Part shown: positions 12,710-25,326 of the stretch, in pieces
Numbering within the stretch: the first letter of the stretch is position 1
Layout of the letters: every line of letters begins with the position of its first letter
NCBI GenBank assembly: GCA_000165425.1
Contig: CT868640.1
Span: forward strand, 315,142-379,141
DNA from: Paramecium tetraurelia
Lineage: Eukaryota
Length of the DNA stretch: 64,000 bases
Direction of reading: 5' to 3'
Notes under the pieces: generated by a model
Databases searched by the model: none
Seen by the model: the letters and a program-made list of their open reading frames with translations, nothing else
Told to the model about the DNA's origin: nothing
Translations under genes and position numbers: made by a program

Positions 12710-14389
12710 ATGAAAACGTTTATAATCTTCATCATAATAGAGATCTTGTGTGAAGCTAAGGAGATGTTTATTAATAGAAATGAATTAAACACAATTGATA
12801 CATTCCAAGGATTTGGTGTTGTTTTGGATGCTAATATTACAAATCAATCATCAAATGCTCACCTCTGTTAAATAGTCAAACAAAAACTTACTAACTTGAT
12901 GTAGACTGAAATAAAATTGACGCCGTTTGTTGATGAAGAAGTTTTCAGCCTATTCTATTTAAATGGTTCTTTGAAAGTAGAAACTAATCATTACTATATT
13001 GTATCAATGGTTCCATTTCAAAAAGGGGCTGTAATCTTATTTAGTGATGGGCGTCTTATATATATACATGAAATCAACGGAAATATTATCAAAATGGAAT
13101 CTAACGAAAAGATATAAATACACCCAAGTTAATTAATAGATCCTATTCATATGTTCTATTTCTCAACAATTCAGAAAATTGTCATTATACTTCAAAAGAT
13201 ATTTATATATGTGTAGATAAATCAGAATGAAACCAATATATTTGGTATATATACGAATTAAACTGATAATAAAACCTTAACTACCTAAAATATAGAGTTT
13301 GTTGATGAATATTTATTCATATTGGAATAGAAAGAATTCATCATCTACGCTTGTAATTCAGAAGGTTTATACCAAATTTTTAGTAAAAAATTAGAAATGA
13401 ACTTTATTGACATGAAGGTTCAGCAATAAAATGACGTTTATCACATCTTCTTTTTGCATTTATTATCTGGTGTAGAAATCTGTGTTTATGACCCTATTTT
13501 ATTCAAATTCCAAGAAATCTCATCCTATGATATGATACCAATAAAAGGATTTTTAATTGGATTGTATGAACAGATATTAATGATTGTTGATGAAGATCAA
13601 AGCGAATCTATTATTTATGAATTACATCCTATAAATTAAACTAATAAATGGATGATTTTTAATAAATATAAGGTAAAAAACATTATTTATGATATCCAAT
13701 TTACAGATAATTATGCACTCTTACTTGGAAAGAACCGCCATGACATTCTTTATCACTCTCTACCAACTGTAGATAATTAAATACACAATCAAATCATAAT
13801 TCCTGCACTATAACAAATCCATCTCATCGATTAAACAGAACCTTACGATAATAAATTCATAGGTATTACAAAGCACACTTATTTCGTTACCAATTTTAGT
13901 ACAGCTCCTCAAAGGATTGATTGCCAATACTAAGAAGACTCAGGCCCAATTTAATTCTCCTACTATTAAAATTCTACTCAATGTACTAAATTGCCTTAAA
14001 AACAAGAAGGTCAACTATGCCTTTACATCTCAAATTACACAATTTATTATAAATATCCTATCCTTACTACAGAACATTACATATATATATAAATAGTTGG
14101 GTTCTTGTTTGCTTTAGTGTGTGCTATTTTAATAGTATTTTTCTTCAATAAATATTTTGAATATACCGAATTAATGATAGGAAAATAAAATATTGATTAG
14201 TAACATTTGATAGATAATCCGGGAGGGAGTAACTTTAATAGTGTTATTACTTCTCCTTAAAATGTGAATTCAAATTCTAGTAAAAAAAAAGGATTTTCAT
14301 CAAATCTAAAATCTCCATCTAATTTACAATCCTGTGATGTTACTATAAGCCAAAATAAAGTAGAAGAGTAATAAAGTTTTGCGTAATGA
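12710..14389 (+). CDS. Type I single-pass membrane protein (~559 aa)
   Basis: Signal peptide MKTFIIFIIIEILCEA; 1680-nt span in one frame; TM IVGFLFALVCAILIVFFF; Ser/Pro-rich tail. Confidence 0.75.
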
Positions 14390-15073
14390 AATACTCATTA
14401 AATCAAACTATCTATAGAATTAATATAATATTTACAGTACTTTATATTTCTTTAATTTCTCATTTTATTGATATCAATTGATTTCAATTAATCTAAAAAT
14501 CCAGAAACCCAATTGAATATCAATATCAATACTCTTTCTCAATCCCAAATCAGTATTTAGATGGATAATAATCAAAACTACTTAATGACTAAATGATTAA
14601 AATATAGATATGCTTGGGATATTAGCTAATTTTGATTAAAAAATATTTATGAATTCATCAAAATGCTATAACTTAGAAAGGGAATCATAAATATAGAATT
14701 CATCGAAATACTTATCCTTTCTTTTATTCAAATTAAATAGACCAAGAACTTAAATATCATATTTAGACCCATAAGTTACCTTAAGAGAAGTCTATTGATA
14801 AAATCTATATTTATTCCTTCATTTTTTGTTTTGTGATATACAATTTTTATATGAATATTATGAATTCATTAAAGGTAAAGAACAAGACCTTAGCTTTATG
14901 AATTCATAATAATTTTTAGATTATTTTAGTAAATTAGTAAATTATTCTGTCAACACCTAATCCTTAATCTGATAATATATTCGATATTCTTATTTTATAA
15001 TTGCTATTCATTAATAGTATTAGTAGAAATAATTAATGAGTCTGCATTATTTATTGTACTTATATAATATATA

Positions 15074-15572
15074 TCAATCTGTGTGTTAAGATCCTTTGGT
15101 AGCACCAACTCCTGGCTTTCCATGTCTTGTTGGCTTATAGGTTAAAGAAAATTCACCCAAATATCTATGATTATAGTTTTGCATTCAAGAATACCTGCCG
15201 ATCATATCAAACTTAATTTCAACATTGCTAAATTATCTGCCATTATATACTCCAACAATTGATCCAACCATCTCTGGGACTACAATAGTATTTCTTTAAT
15301 GAGTCTTGACTGGTTTTGGTTTTTCTCCTGGTAAGGTTTCTTTCTTTGATTTACGAATCTAATGATAGTTTGAAACAGTTGATTACTTTCTTCATTAAAT
15401 TTTAGAAGGCATGAACTTTTTCACCTTAATTAGAAATTCTTCTTCTTTATCTTGCTCTGAATTACTCAACCAACTTATCCATTGGCAATTTGACAAGCTC
15501 TTCAAGTTATAATCCTCTGTAGGTAAACTTCTTAACACCTTTGAATTGTTTGTCTTAAGTTTATTCAGCCAT
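15074..15572 (-). CDS. RPS15: 40S ribosomal protein S15 (uS19)
   Basis: [48 protein letters not shown]; two introns. Confidence 0.96.
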
Positions 15573-15916
15573 TATTTGAAAAATGAAAATAAAGATTTTA
15601 ATCTAATATAAACATAAATTATTGTATATATAAAATACCAAGCTAGAGACTATGTAGGGATGTCCATAAACTTAAATACTCGGAGTTATGTTAAGAGTGC
15701 AGGACGAGTTCTCAAAAGCGAGCTGCTATTGTATAACATTTAATAATAGGCCAGTTTGTAATTATTTTATGCAATAAATTATAATTTGATTACCACATTG
15801 CTATTAAAATAAATAGATTCAAAAATTTCTAATCATACCATTAATAATACTGACCTTTATTTCTCAATTATTTAATGATTAAGTGTATGAGATATCATTA
15901 AATAATAATAATATCT

Positions 15917-16480
15917 ATGTTAGTATCTCCCTCCAGACGATTAGTCAAGAGAGACACCAAATCTATGAGACCTTCGATGTTTTTGAATGAATTCAACATA
16001 TCTTCCGTGTCTTAGTTAATAACAGTAAAAAAAGAGGTCAACGAGAGTTCAACAAGAAGTGTAGACACCTTTGGATCAGTAACTCAAGGGAATGAGATAC
16101 CGGACACACTATTTCTACCATTCGTAGAGGAGAAACCTAGAATTCGATATATTAAATCAACCTCAAAACCAAAACAGTCTTTGAGCAATAGAAAGGTTGT
16201 GCTGCTTCAATCAAACTCTAATTCTCCTCTCACATAATCGGAAATCCACCTACCACAAATCAATTCTATACCAAATTCTCCAACAAGGTTTTAAATAACA
16301 AACCACAAAAGACATTTGTCCAATATTGATGAATAATACAAGAAAGTAGAATTCAGAAAGTCTATCTAAGTTATTGATTTTGTCAATAACATAATCACTA
16401 AGGATGTGATAGATGGAAGCGTTAAACCATTAAAAAAAAAATTGCAAAGATAACAAACCAAAATGGTGAAGAAGGAGTGA
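15917..16480 (+). CDS. Hypothetical 187-aa basic, Ser-rich protein
   Basis: Intronless 564-nt frame MLVSPSRR...KKE-TGA. Confidence 0.65.
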
Positions 16481-16831
16481 GGAAATAGTGCGAGCACTAT
16501 GATTTTTTTATCTCATCTATATTATATTTATTTCTTTTTTTCTTGATTTAAAGTGACACCAGTTAATCAATTTAATTTCTACATCTCAACATATATTTCA
16601 AATTATATATTTTATTTTAAATTGATAAATATTGATCTGATGTATTTAGGATGATGATTAAGGAATAGTAGTTGAATTATAAATTTAAAGTTAATGTAAC
16701 TTGATTATACACCTATATAACTATATAATGGATATTATGATTGAATTTGAGAAAGTAACTTTATTATATATTACAAACTAACTGCGTGATATTGAAATTA
16801 ATTATTCTTAATATTAATTTCATTAATTTAG

Positions 16832-18284
16832 ATGTCTGCATAAATCTAAGTTTGTTTAGACACGTTGGCTTTTGATTAAATTGAAGAAATAGTTTTGATT
16901 AATGGATAGCCTTCAGTCGAGTTAACTGTTTATACACCCTTTAGTTAATACTGTTTTGAAAGTAACGAATGTGCTTATCTCAAGGCAGCAAACCAATCAA
17001 GGAATTCTATGAATATGTATAACATATCCAGAAACATTGTTTCATGTTGTTAAGCCTTGACAAAGCTTAAATCGATCTCCTACAAAGTGTGAAGGACAAA
17101 GCCAAAACAATCATCGCGATTAATTAATTAATTGGTGAGCTATTATATAGAAGAGATCTGATTACTAAATAAAAAGTAAATGATTGTGTTATCTAGAGAC
17201 CATCAACTTATTAGGTTTGAATCAATAAATTTAAGTTTATTCGCAAATCAAAGCTTTAGTATATCATTTCTTTATACAGATTAGATTCCGAATATAGTCA
17301 TGGGCTTCAAAATCTCCGATTCTAATCTTACTGTGTCATAGATGATAATCGTCAATTAGTTTTTGGTTGTCACTTTGGAGAATCAGAGTTAATTATAAAA
17401 GTTTGGCAAAATTTGGAATCTGATTGAACCTGAAATTATGGGTTAGATGATCGTATTTGTAATTGGAGAAGCAACCCCATTTCATAGAATCTTTGATAAA
17501 TATTATAGTTTCAAATTATTTTGTGTGGAAAATAGTAATATATTTTAATTGATAAATTTAGTCAATGATAGATTGGTTGTAGGCACATGCTAAGGATCAT
17601 TGATTATATACTAAATAACTGAACATTCTATATAAGAGAAAACAACTATTTAAGTCTTGACGTCTCCCATATATAGAATCCATCATTTTAATGAAGAAGT
17701 TTATCTTGTCACAGATAGTTAAGTCAAGATTTTGGATAGATAGAATTTTGATTTGATTGGAGGAGGAAGTCTTAAAAATAGATTGTAAGCAGCTTGGATT
17801 TCTTGTTTAAATTTTGATGATAAAGAGAAACTCTTGTTTTTAGGTAATATTAAATATACATATTTTAGGTACTTCACAAGGTTTCATACTTGTTTATAAA
17901 AGGACTGAAAAACTAGAATACTTAAATCAAATCAATTTTAATGTCAATACTTCAATCAAATCAATTCAAATTATGGAAAATTATCTTTATCCATGCACTG
18001 AAAATGGAGTTGCTATTATATAAATGAAATATATGGATAATCAATTCTAATATTAAGAGAAAACAGCATTTGCAAGTTAGTTAAAATTAGTTGGGTTCAA
18101 AAGAACATAGAGTTCTGTATTTGGATTTACTTAATGTGGATTATTAGTATAATGGAACCCAGAAAATGGATAAATGAATTAAGCATATAAAGTAGATAAA
18201 AATTGTTTATTTGGATTACAAAAATCGAATTCAATATTTATTGTTACAAGTGAACAAATGATACATATAGTTAATTTTTAATGA
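16832..18284 (+). CDS. Hypothetical protein with probable C-terminal WD40-like beta-propeller
   Basis: ATG 16832; strand-like repeats LVVGTCQGSLIIY, GTSQGFILVY, TQCGLLVQWN; intron boundaries only partly resolved. Confidence 0.5.
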
Positions 18285-18320
18285 AATCAATAAGTTGGGA
18301 TCTTTATATTATTAATTTAT

Positions 18321-20340
18321 TCATTATTTTTTTTTTTGATATTTTCGTCCATTTCAATGTGAGTTTAAGAAGCTTTTAGATGAATTTTAAGAAACTCTAT
18401 TTTCTTGAAGAAATACATAATTATTTATCTTTCTATTTATTATTATAATTACAAGAAACAATACAACATATAATCAAATATGTATCTTTCGCAACTCCAC
18501 AAATCCAGCTTAATCTTATACAGTTAAGTATTGTTACTTCTCATTTCTTTTTTATAACAAAAATAACTAATTGGTGCTTATTTGCATTGCTTCCACAGGG
18601 CCATATTTTCCATAGTCTAAAAATTCATTCATAATGAATTCAACATATGTTTATTCTTTTCTTGAATCTATGTGATGAGCTTAAGTATCAATATTCATTA
18701 CTATGACCTTTGTGTTAGGTACTTTATCAAAATATCCTCCAACAATAAAAATCTATGTTGGATTTACCTATTATGCAAAACTAAAGCTGGGTAATATAAA
18801 GTGAGGTTTTTTAAAATTTATAAGTTGCCATTCATTATTTTTAAGCTCTTCAACATAATTGAGAGATTTGTTATTGATTTCAACTCCCCCATATTTGAAA
18901 ATACTTTAATTATTATAACAAACCAAAGTGCATCCTATTCCTGGCTTCTAGCAATCACTTAATTTGGTCCACTTCTAAGTTTGGATATTGTAACAAAAGG
19001 TGTTAGCGGTCAATAGTTAATCACTATACCCAGAACAAATGTACAGCAGCTAATTATTCTCTCTAATATATACTAATTTATCTACATATAACATATCCGA
19101 AACCCCATCTGTTAGTATTACTTTAAGGAATTGATGTTACTTCTTTTAAAGCTGGTATCTCGTCATCTAATTCATAAACTAAGTGACAATTCATTCCCCC
19201 TATTACAAAAGCTCGAAACTATTAAAATATTATTGTCACAGCCTATTCCGAAATCTATTATGATTATGACAGATCTAGTAGCTCTAGGAAGTAATTTTTC
19301 ATTTTAAACAAATTTGATTATAAAATATTTCTGGTCCAAGGAATTCCATATGCAATAGATCGAGCTTCAGGTACGTTCAGTATAGAATATTACTTTCGAT
19401 AATATTCAAAGGTCTCTGAAAATGTTATTTTTAAGTTGTCCTTTATCAATTTTTGCGGTTCCTAAATTGATAGTGTTTAGCATAGTTCGTATAATTTAAT
19501 TCTTTTGTGTGGATCTTGTTCCACCATGCTTTCTAAATAGGATTTATAGGTGTCTCCATATTTCAATTAGATTTCTTTGATACTTTATTTGATATCTTCA
19601 AATTTCCTTAATTAATCTATGTGTCTTAATAAAAAGAGCTATATAAATATTAGTCCCAAAGAATAAACAGCTTGAGAGTAGATGTGAGTAATATTTTTAT
19701 AATCCTTTACTTATTCAGGTGCCTGATATAGTAAGCTTTCCTTCTTTGCTTTTTCTAAGGAATGTTAGGTTAATAATATTGGGATGCAATTAAATTTCAT
19801 ACATGTATCTGAACAAATCAAAATGCAAGACATTGTCACAGGATTAAAAGTTACTATTTATTGTTATTGCAAGTAATTTATGGATAAGATTATTGCCCTA
19901 AAGAATACAACAATGTCTTCTTTCAATAATTATATTTTTTTTGACTTATTTAATTATAATAGATTACTTATATGTTCTCCAGATATTAATTTAAATTCTA
20001 TGAATAGGTGTCAAACACTAAAATAAATTTGTATAATTTGTTTAAATTTTAATCAATCAACATGTCATATGTCTCGTTAATAATAAATAAATACCCATTT
20101 TTCTATGCATAATAATCCATCAGAATTAATGAATTCATATTTGTGTATTTCATCTATGTACTTTAAATGTTCTTTTTCGTTCGAGATTAATCTTTCCAAC
20201 AGAAACATTTTATTATTTTTCTTTCTATTATAAACTTTTATGATTTTCATATTAATGTCTTCATCAATAAGTTCTTCCTATTCTAACCCATCCAATACCC
20301 TATCATATGGGGTAAATTTAGAAATTTTCTTCTTTATCAT
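18321..20340 (-). CDS. Kinase-like (probable pseudokinase) domain plus Kelch repeats
   Basis: YQAPE, VYSLGLIF, MVEQDPHKRI kinase C-lobe; Kelch GG motifs FVIGG, FKYGG, FIVGG with spaced Y/W. Confidence 0.7.
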
Positions 20341-23256
20341 TACTGAAAATAAAATTAGAAATTTTATTATTGCATCATATTATGTAGTTCAAAATCTTGT
20401 CCCTCTTCTAATTTCAATTTTTTCTATTGTTTATGAGCTCTTTTTCACAAAGGAAATTGCAGAGAGGATTTTTATAAGATTCTAAGACCCTATTTAACAG
20501 GCTTTAGGGTTTTCATAGATTTGGTGTCATTTTTTGATGCAATTGGAATTCGTACATATATATATAATGAGAACCAGATTTAGGTCGATTAAATATCTTC
20601 AAGGTACCAATAATTTTAGACAAGAAAAACAATTATTCTTAAACAAGTTTATTTTCTTTGTTTTCAAGAAAAATCATCAAAGGGAATTGAGCAAGATGAA
20701 TTGAGTACTAGATGATATAATTTAGGGGCTTAAAATGCAAAATATTTATTAATTTACTATGAGGAAATGATGTATTAAGTTAATAATAGACTTCTGGTTC
20801 TACTTTAACTACTTTGGGCTAATTAATTACGTCTATTTAGGATGACTCCCTTATATAGAAAGATCAAATTCTTAGATGAATTAGATTCTAATTCGCCAAA
20901 AGGTGAATATGTTAATTAAAAATAAAACAACAACGATGAAATTATTGGAGGAGGCAACCTCGCTTATTGAAAACATACTATTAAAATCATGTTATGAAAA
21001 TGAAGCGATGAATTCAATATTTCAATTATAAGGTTCTTTGAATTAAAAGATGAGGATAAACTTACAGATCAAATAATTATTTAGAAATAAGGAGCAATAA
21101 ATTAAAGAATTGTGTTAAATTTTTAATTCAATTTATAATTATATTATAAACTTTTTATGCCATTCTTTTTAAACATTTAAATTCTCAAAAAATAGAATTT
21201 TTTAAATTCTAAGTTCTTTCCTAAAATCTTAATGCTTCTCATTTTTTAAAAAGCTTAGCTGTTATTAAATATATTATAGACATGAAAAGTAAGCATCAAT
21301 TACTTGTTAGTTTAAAGATAGACCTGAATTAATTAGCAAGCTTAATTGTGTGAACAGTTTGTTATCCTCCGAAAAAATATGAAAACCAAGTTTATTATTT
21401 TATCATGTTTCAAAATATTTCAATAATCAAAAATATCCTTAAATTATATCTCTACATTTCTTAAAATTATCAAGAATAATACTGTGACAACTGTTTTAAT
21501 TTAGGTAAATTTCATTTAGATATGAATTGTTTTCTAATTTTGTTATTAAACCTCCATTTAAATGATGAATTTATGATGACAATAGACAATTTTGATAAAT
21601 TCAATAAGAGGATTAAAGAAATAAAAGATTTAGATATAAGTTACTGACACTAATAAAGAGCCCTTTTTAGATATTCTTTAATATCTAAGCTGGATTTCAG
21701 TTTTGTTTTCTTTTTATTAAATAATTTATAAATTATATCATCAAATTTCTTTAAGGACCATTATTATAAAATAATTTAAGTTAAGTTTTGCTATATAGAT
21801 TTTGAGCTGTTTTCAGAATGATATATGGATTAACAATGTCCAGAATATATATTTCTATTTTTCAATTTATTATGAGTCACATAGTTCTTACATTCACTGA
21901 CATGATGCTAAATTTCGTTATTTGTCATTCATATTGATTATAATTCGCGAATCTCACTCTTTAAAGAATCAAGGTACAAATAAAGCTTTAATAATAAGTC
22001 AATAATAAGATAATAACATGAATAGAAAGATTATTTTCAATTCAATTCCCTTTTTGAAACTTTTAATGTAGAAAGTTATTCCACTAATGAAGTTAATCTG
22101 TTAGGATTACATGACCACATCTTTTTTTGGTAGCTTTTGACTTTTTTTCAAAAGGAGAGACACATCTTAGAGGTTTCTAATGATTAAATCTATTATTCTT
22201 TAACTAAATCGGAATCATTTCTTCTTCTTCTATTAATGGCTATGTATCCCCTAAGCTTTGTAGAAAACTCAAAGGCAATTTCGTAATTTTTTCCATAAAA
22301 ATTAATAAAATAATTAGTTTCTCTTTAATTGTCAGCAAGCTCACTCTTCTAGACTGATACAACATATCATTTTTAATTAGTGAAACGTATTTATGGAACA
22401 AATTAGTTAAGATGGAATGTCTAGAAAATATGTGGATATGGTTATTATAATCGAACTACATCTCATATATATTTACTAGCCAAAATATTACTCAATATAA
22501 ATTGAAATAAAAAAAAGGAGTGAAATTCATTCATAGAGAGGAAATGCAAGTTTAACCTAGAAATGACAATGTATTGTTCTTGTATCCGTATTTAAAGGAG
22601 GGCGTTTCTTAGAATTGTTGGTAGAAAATGTAGAATTGATTTATACGACTTTTGGTGTTAAAAATTTAATATGAAAATTTCTGGCAAATATTTCTATAAT
22701 CCGAGCTCATTTTCTTTAATCGATTAGAAAGTTTTAAGTTTTTTAATTAAACATAAACAGTTAATATTATCAACAGTCATTAGTAATGGTGATTGATTTC
22801 ACAAGGTCATTCCAATTCCATGATGTACCTGATCAGGATGTTAGAATTTGTGGTGTAGATAATTATTCCATGAAATAAGTTCGTCAGTTATAACTTAAAT
22901 GCTCTTTTTTTCTTCTTTATATTTTATTTTTTGAGATTTCAAGGTGCAATGTGGTGATTAAAATAGAGTTTTTTTGGAGAATCATATTATTAATCATCTC
23001 CGTTGATGGGACTAGTATCACCATTCAAAATTAGTTAAGTAATTGGATGATATTGGATAGTTTGCATAAGAGGGTTATTTAAATAGTGTTGTATTTTTTA
23101 TATTAATTTAAATTACTGTTGAATGAATAAGACATGTTCGATTAAAAATGTTAAAGATTTGAACCAAATTTATGGGAATGATATTTTATTTTAAATTTAA
23201 TACGCACCATAATTATTTCTAGAATAAAGTGAAGTTAATTAAACAAATAATATAAA

Positions 23257-24449
23257 TCAAAATATCAATATAGTTTTTAAGAAGAATTTATGTTCTAGAA
23301 TTTGTTTACAATTAATTCTACGATGATGATCTATTTGAAACATCAAATTAAGAAGATCAAGAAGATCCTGATCTTCTATAATTTGATGTAATTATTTGTA
23401 ATTCTAGACTTTTGGAAGAGAGTTGAATCTGGATTTAAATTTGGAACGTTGTTTCATGTACGAGGGAATGGGTCCAAAGATAGATTGTATGATAGCCAGA
23501 TGCATTAAATCGTTATTGCCTACTTTAATAAAAACTCTTCCTATATTGAGGTTTGTTTTTTGTATATACCAGTGTATAATTCTACTATGAGGCAAGCTAG
23601 ACTCCAGATGTCACTTGAAGGGTGTCCCAGGTGTCGCATCGCATGATGACTTCAGGTGCTCTGTATTACCTAGTATTGATGACGGTACTGTGATGTTCAT
23701 TGGCTTGAGTGGCACCTCCCATGTCTATTAGTTTAACTAAATTTCTTAGTCATTTAATTGATCTGGGTACTTTTGTTGATTGGCAAAAACAACGTTTTCG
23801 GGCTTAAGATCGGTGTGTGTGATTCCGAGGGAATGCATAAACATTAGTGAGGTAGTAACTTATTTAAAGATTGATTGGATTTCCTTAATGTTGAGTGTAT
23901 GTGATTGGATGTAATCATGGAGATTGATGTCAAGCTGTTTAAATTGTTGAATATGCTACCCTTTCAAGTAAAATACAATGATAGTCCTACCAAGTGAAGT
24001 AATCATAGAATTTGACGATACCCGCCTCACCGAAGGGGTCAAGTAACTAGATTTTTCTTAAGACATCCACTTCTGTATGATCAGTTTCGCTCAAGATCTG
24101 AATATTAATCTAATAACTTTCACAGCATATGGGTTTCCCTGTTGGTCAATCACTTCTAAAACCATTCCGAATGTGCCCGAACATAAATATTTCGTTATCA
24201 CATATTTGTCTATTTTGTCTCCGATCTCATAATGGAAGTGGCATCCACTGCTGGAAGAACTTCCTGATGAGCTACTGCTACTTGATGAACTAGAAGAAGA
24301 AGAGCTGCTGCTACTCCCACTGCTACTACTATCGGTAGTTGATCTAGCCATCAATCTACTTTAAATTGCTTAAATCACTTAAGTTTGGAAGTGTCGCGAC
24401 TTCTACTCCTGATTTTGTAGTGCATTGTCTACGGCTCTGGTGTGTACAT
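23257..24449 (-). CDS. CLK/LAMMER-family protein kinase carrying one apparent frameshift
   Basis: SGTFGMV, AVK, HTDLKPEN, DMG, TRQYRAPEV, SDIWSLAC, MHLAIIQSIFGPIP (LAMMER-like); five short introns; frame break at ~23616-23621. Confidence 0.85.
24245..24330 (-). repeat. Poly-Ser low-complexity tract in the kinase N-terminus
   Basis: Mixed AGT/AGC/TCN codons encoding SSSSGSSSSSSSS... Confidence 0.85.
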
Positions 24450-24488
24450 TCTAATTTATTTTATATTTTTATTAATGATTTAATCAAA

Positions 24489-25297
24489 TCAAATATTTGG
24501 TTTAATACCAGACACCGACTATCTGACAGTTGAACCTGAACTTTTCACAACTGACCTCGTGACTGTACTACTACGTAGTTACAACCTCAAATACACCTCA
24601 TACCCATACCTTCTACTTTTTCAGAGCTTCTAATTCAATTTCAGCATTCATCAATTTCTCTTGAGTCTCACTATAATCATGATTTATTTCCTAAAATTTC
24701 CTCTTCCACACTTCAGCTTCGTTGTTGACTTCCGTTATCCTTTAAGTAATCACTTCACTGCGAGTCTATTCAATTAAAACTCTCAATCTTTCATTCTCAT
24801 CCTCTAGTTCATGAACCTAAATTTAAATTCTAGATTTACTCTTGTATTGTCCATCTCCTTAACTATTTACACCTCCTTCTTCTTCTCTAATTCTGCAATA
24901 ACAGATTATAAATAGAGCACTTCGTCTCTCCAAGGTGCTTCAATTTCTTCTCTTGATACTACTCCCAATCTTACTACTGTTTGTTATGATGGACCACAAG
25001 GTGATTAACCACAAGGAGTGCAGCCTTATTAAGTTTAACCGCATCCTCCAAGCAGTATAGATTGACCTGGAATCTATTGGGATTGTAATTAGTAATTGGT
25101 GCTTAACACTTTGCTTTAGTAAGAATTTAATTTTCCCTTTTTATGCCAAAATTGATATCCTTCTGGTCTCGAAGATCTAGTATACTTTGTTGTCTTCAAT
25201 TAAACAACAGTTATAGTACATATTCTGTTTACGGAAGAGTGACTTATTTCCTTTCCTCTACAAATGATTCTGGTCTAAGTGTTGGGAAATAACTCAT
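24489..25297 (-). CDS. Hypothetical coiled-coil protein, possibly cortical cytoskeleton
   Basis: MSYFPTLRPESFVEERK; Cys/Pro/Gly patch GCTPCGQSPCGP; heptad region ELEDENERLRVL...EVWKRKFQEIN; short introns. Confidence 0.65.
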
Positions 25298-25326
25298 TTA
25301 TTAAATATTTATTTCTTTAATTAATT

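Noticed and set aside
21562..21648. ATGATGA...CTGA resembling a C/D snoRNA
   Set aside because: No terminal stem or recognisable rRNA guide; such motifs arise by chance in AT-rich DNA
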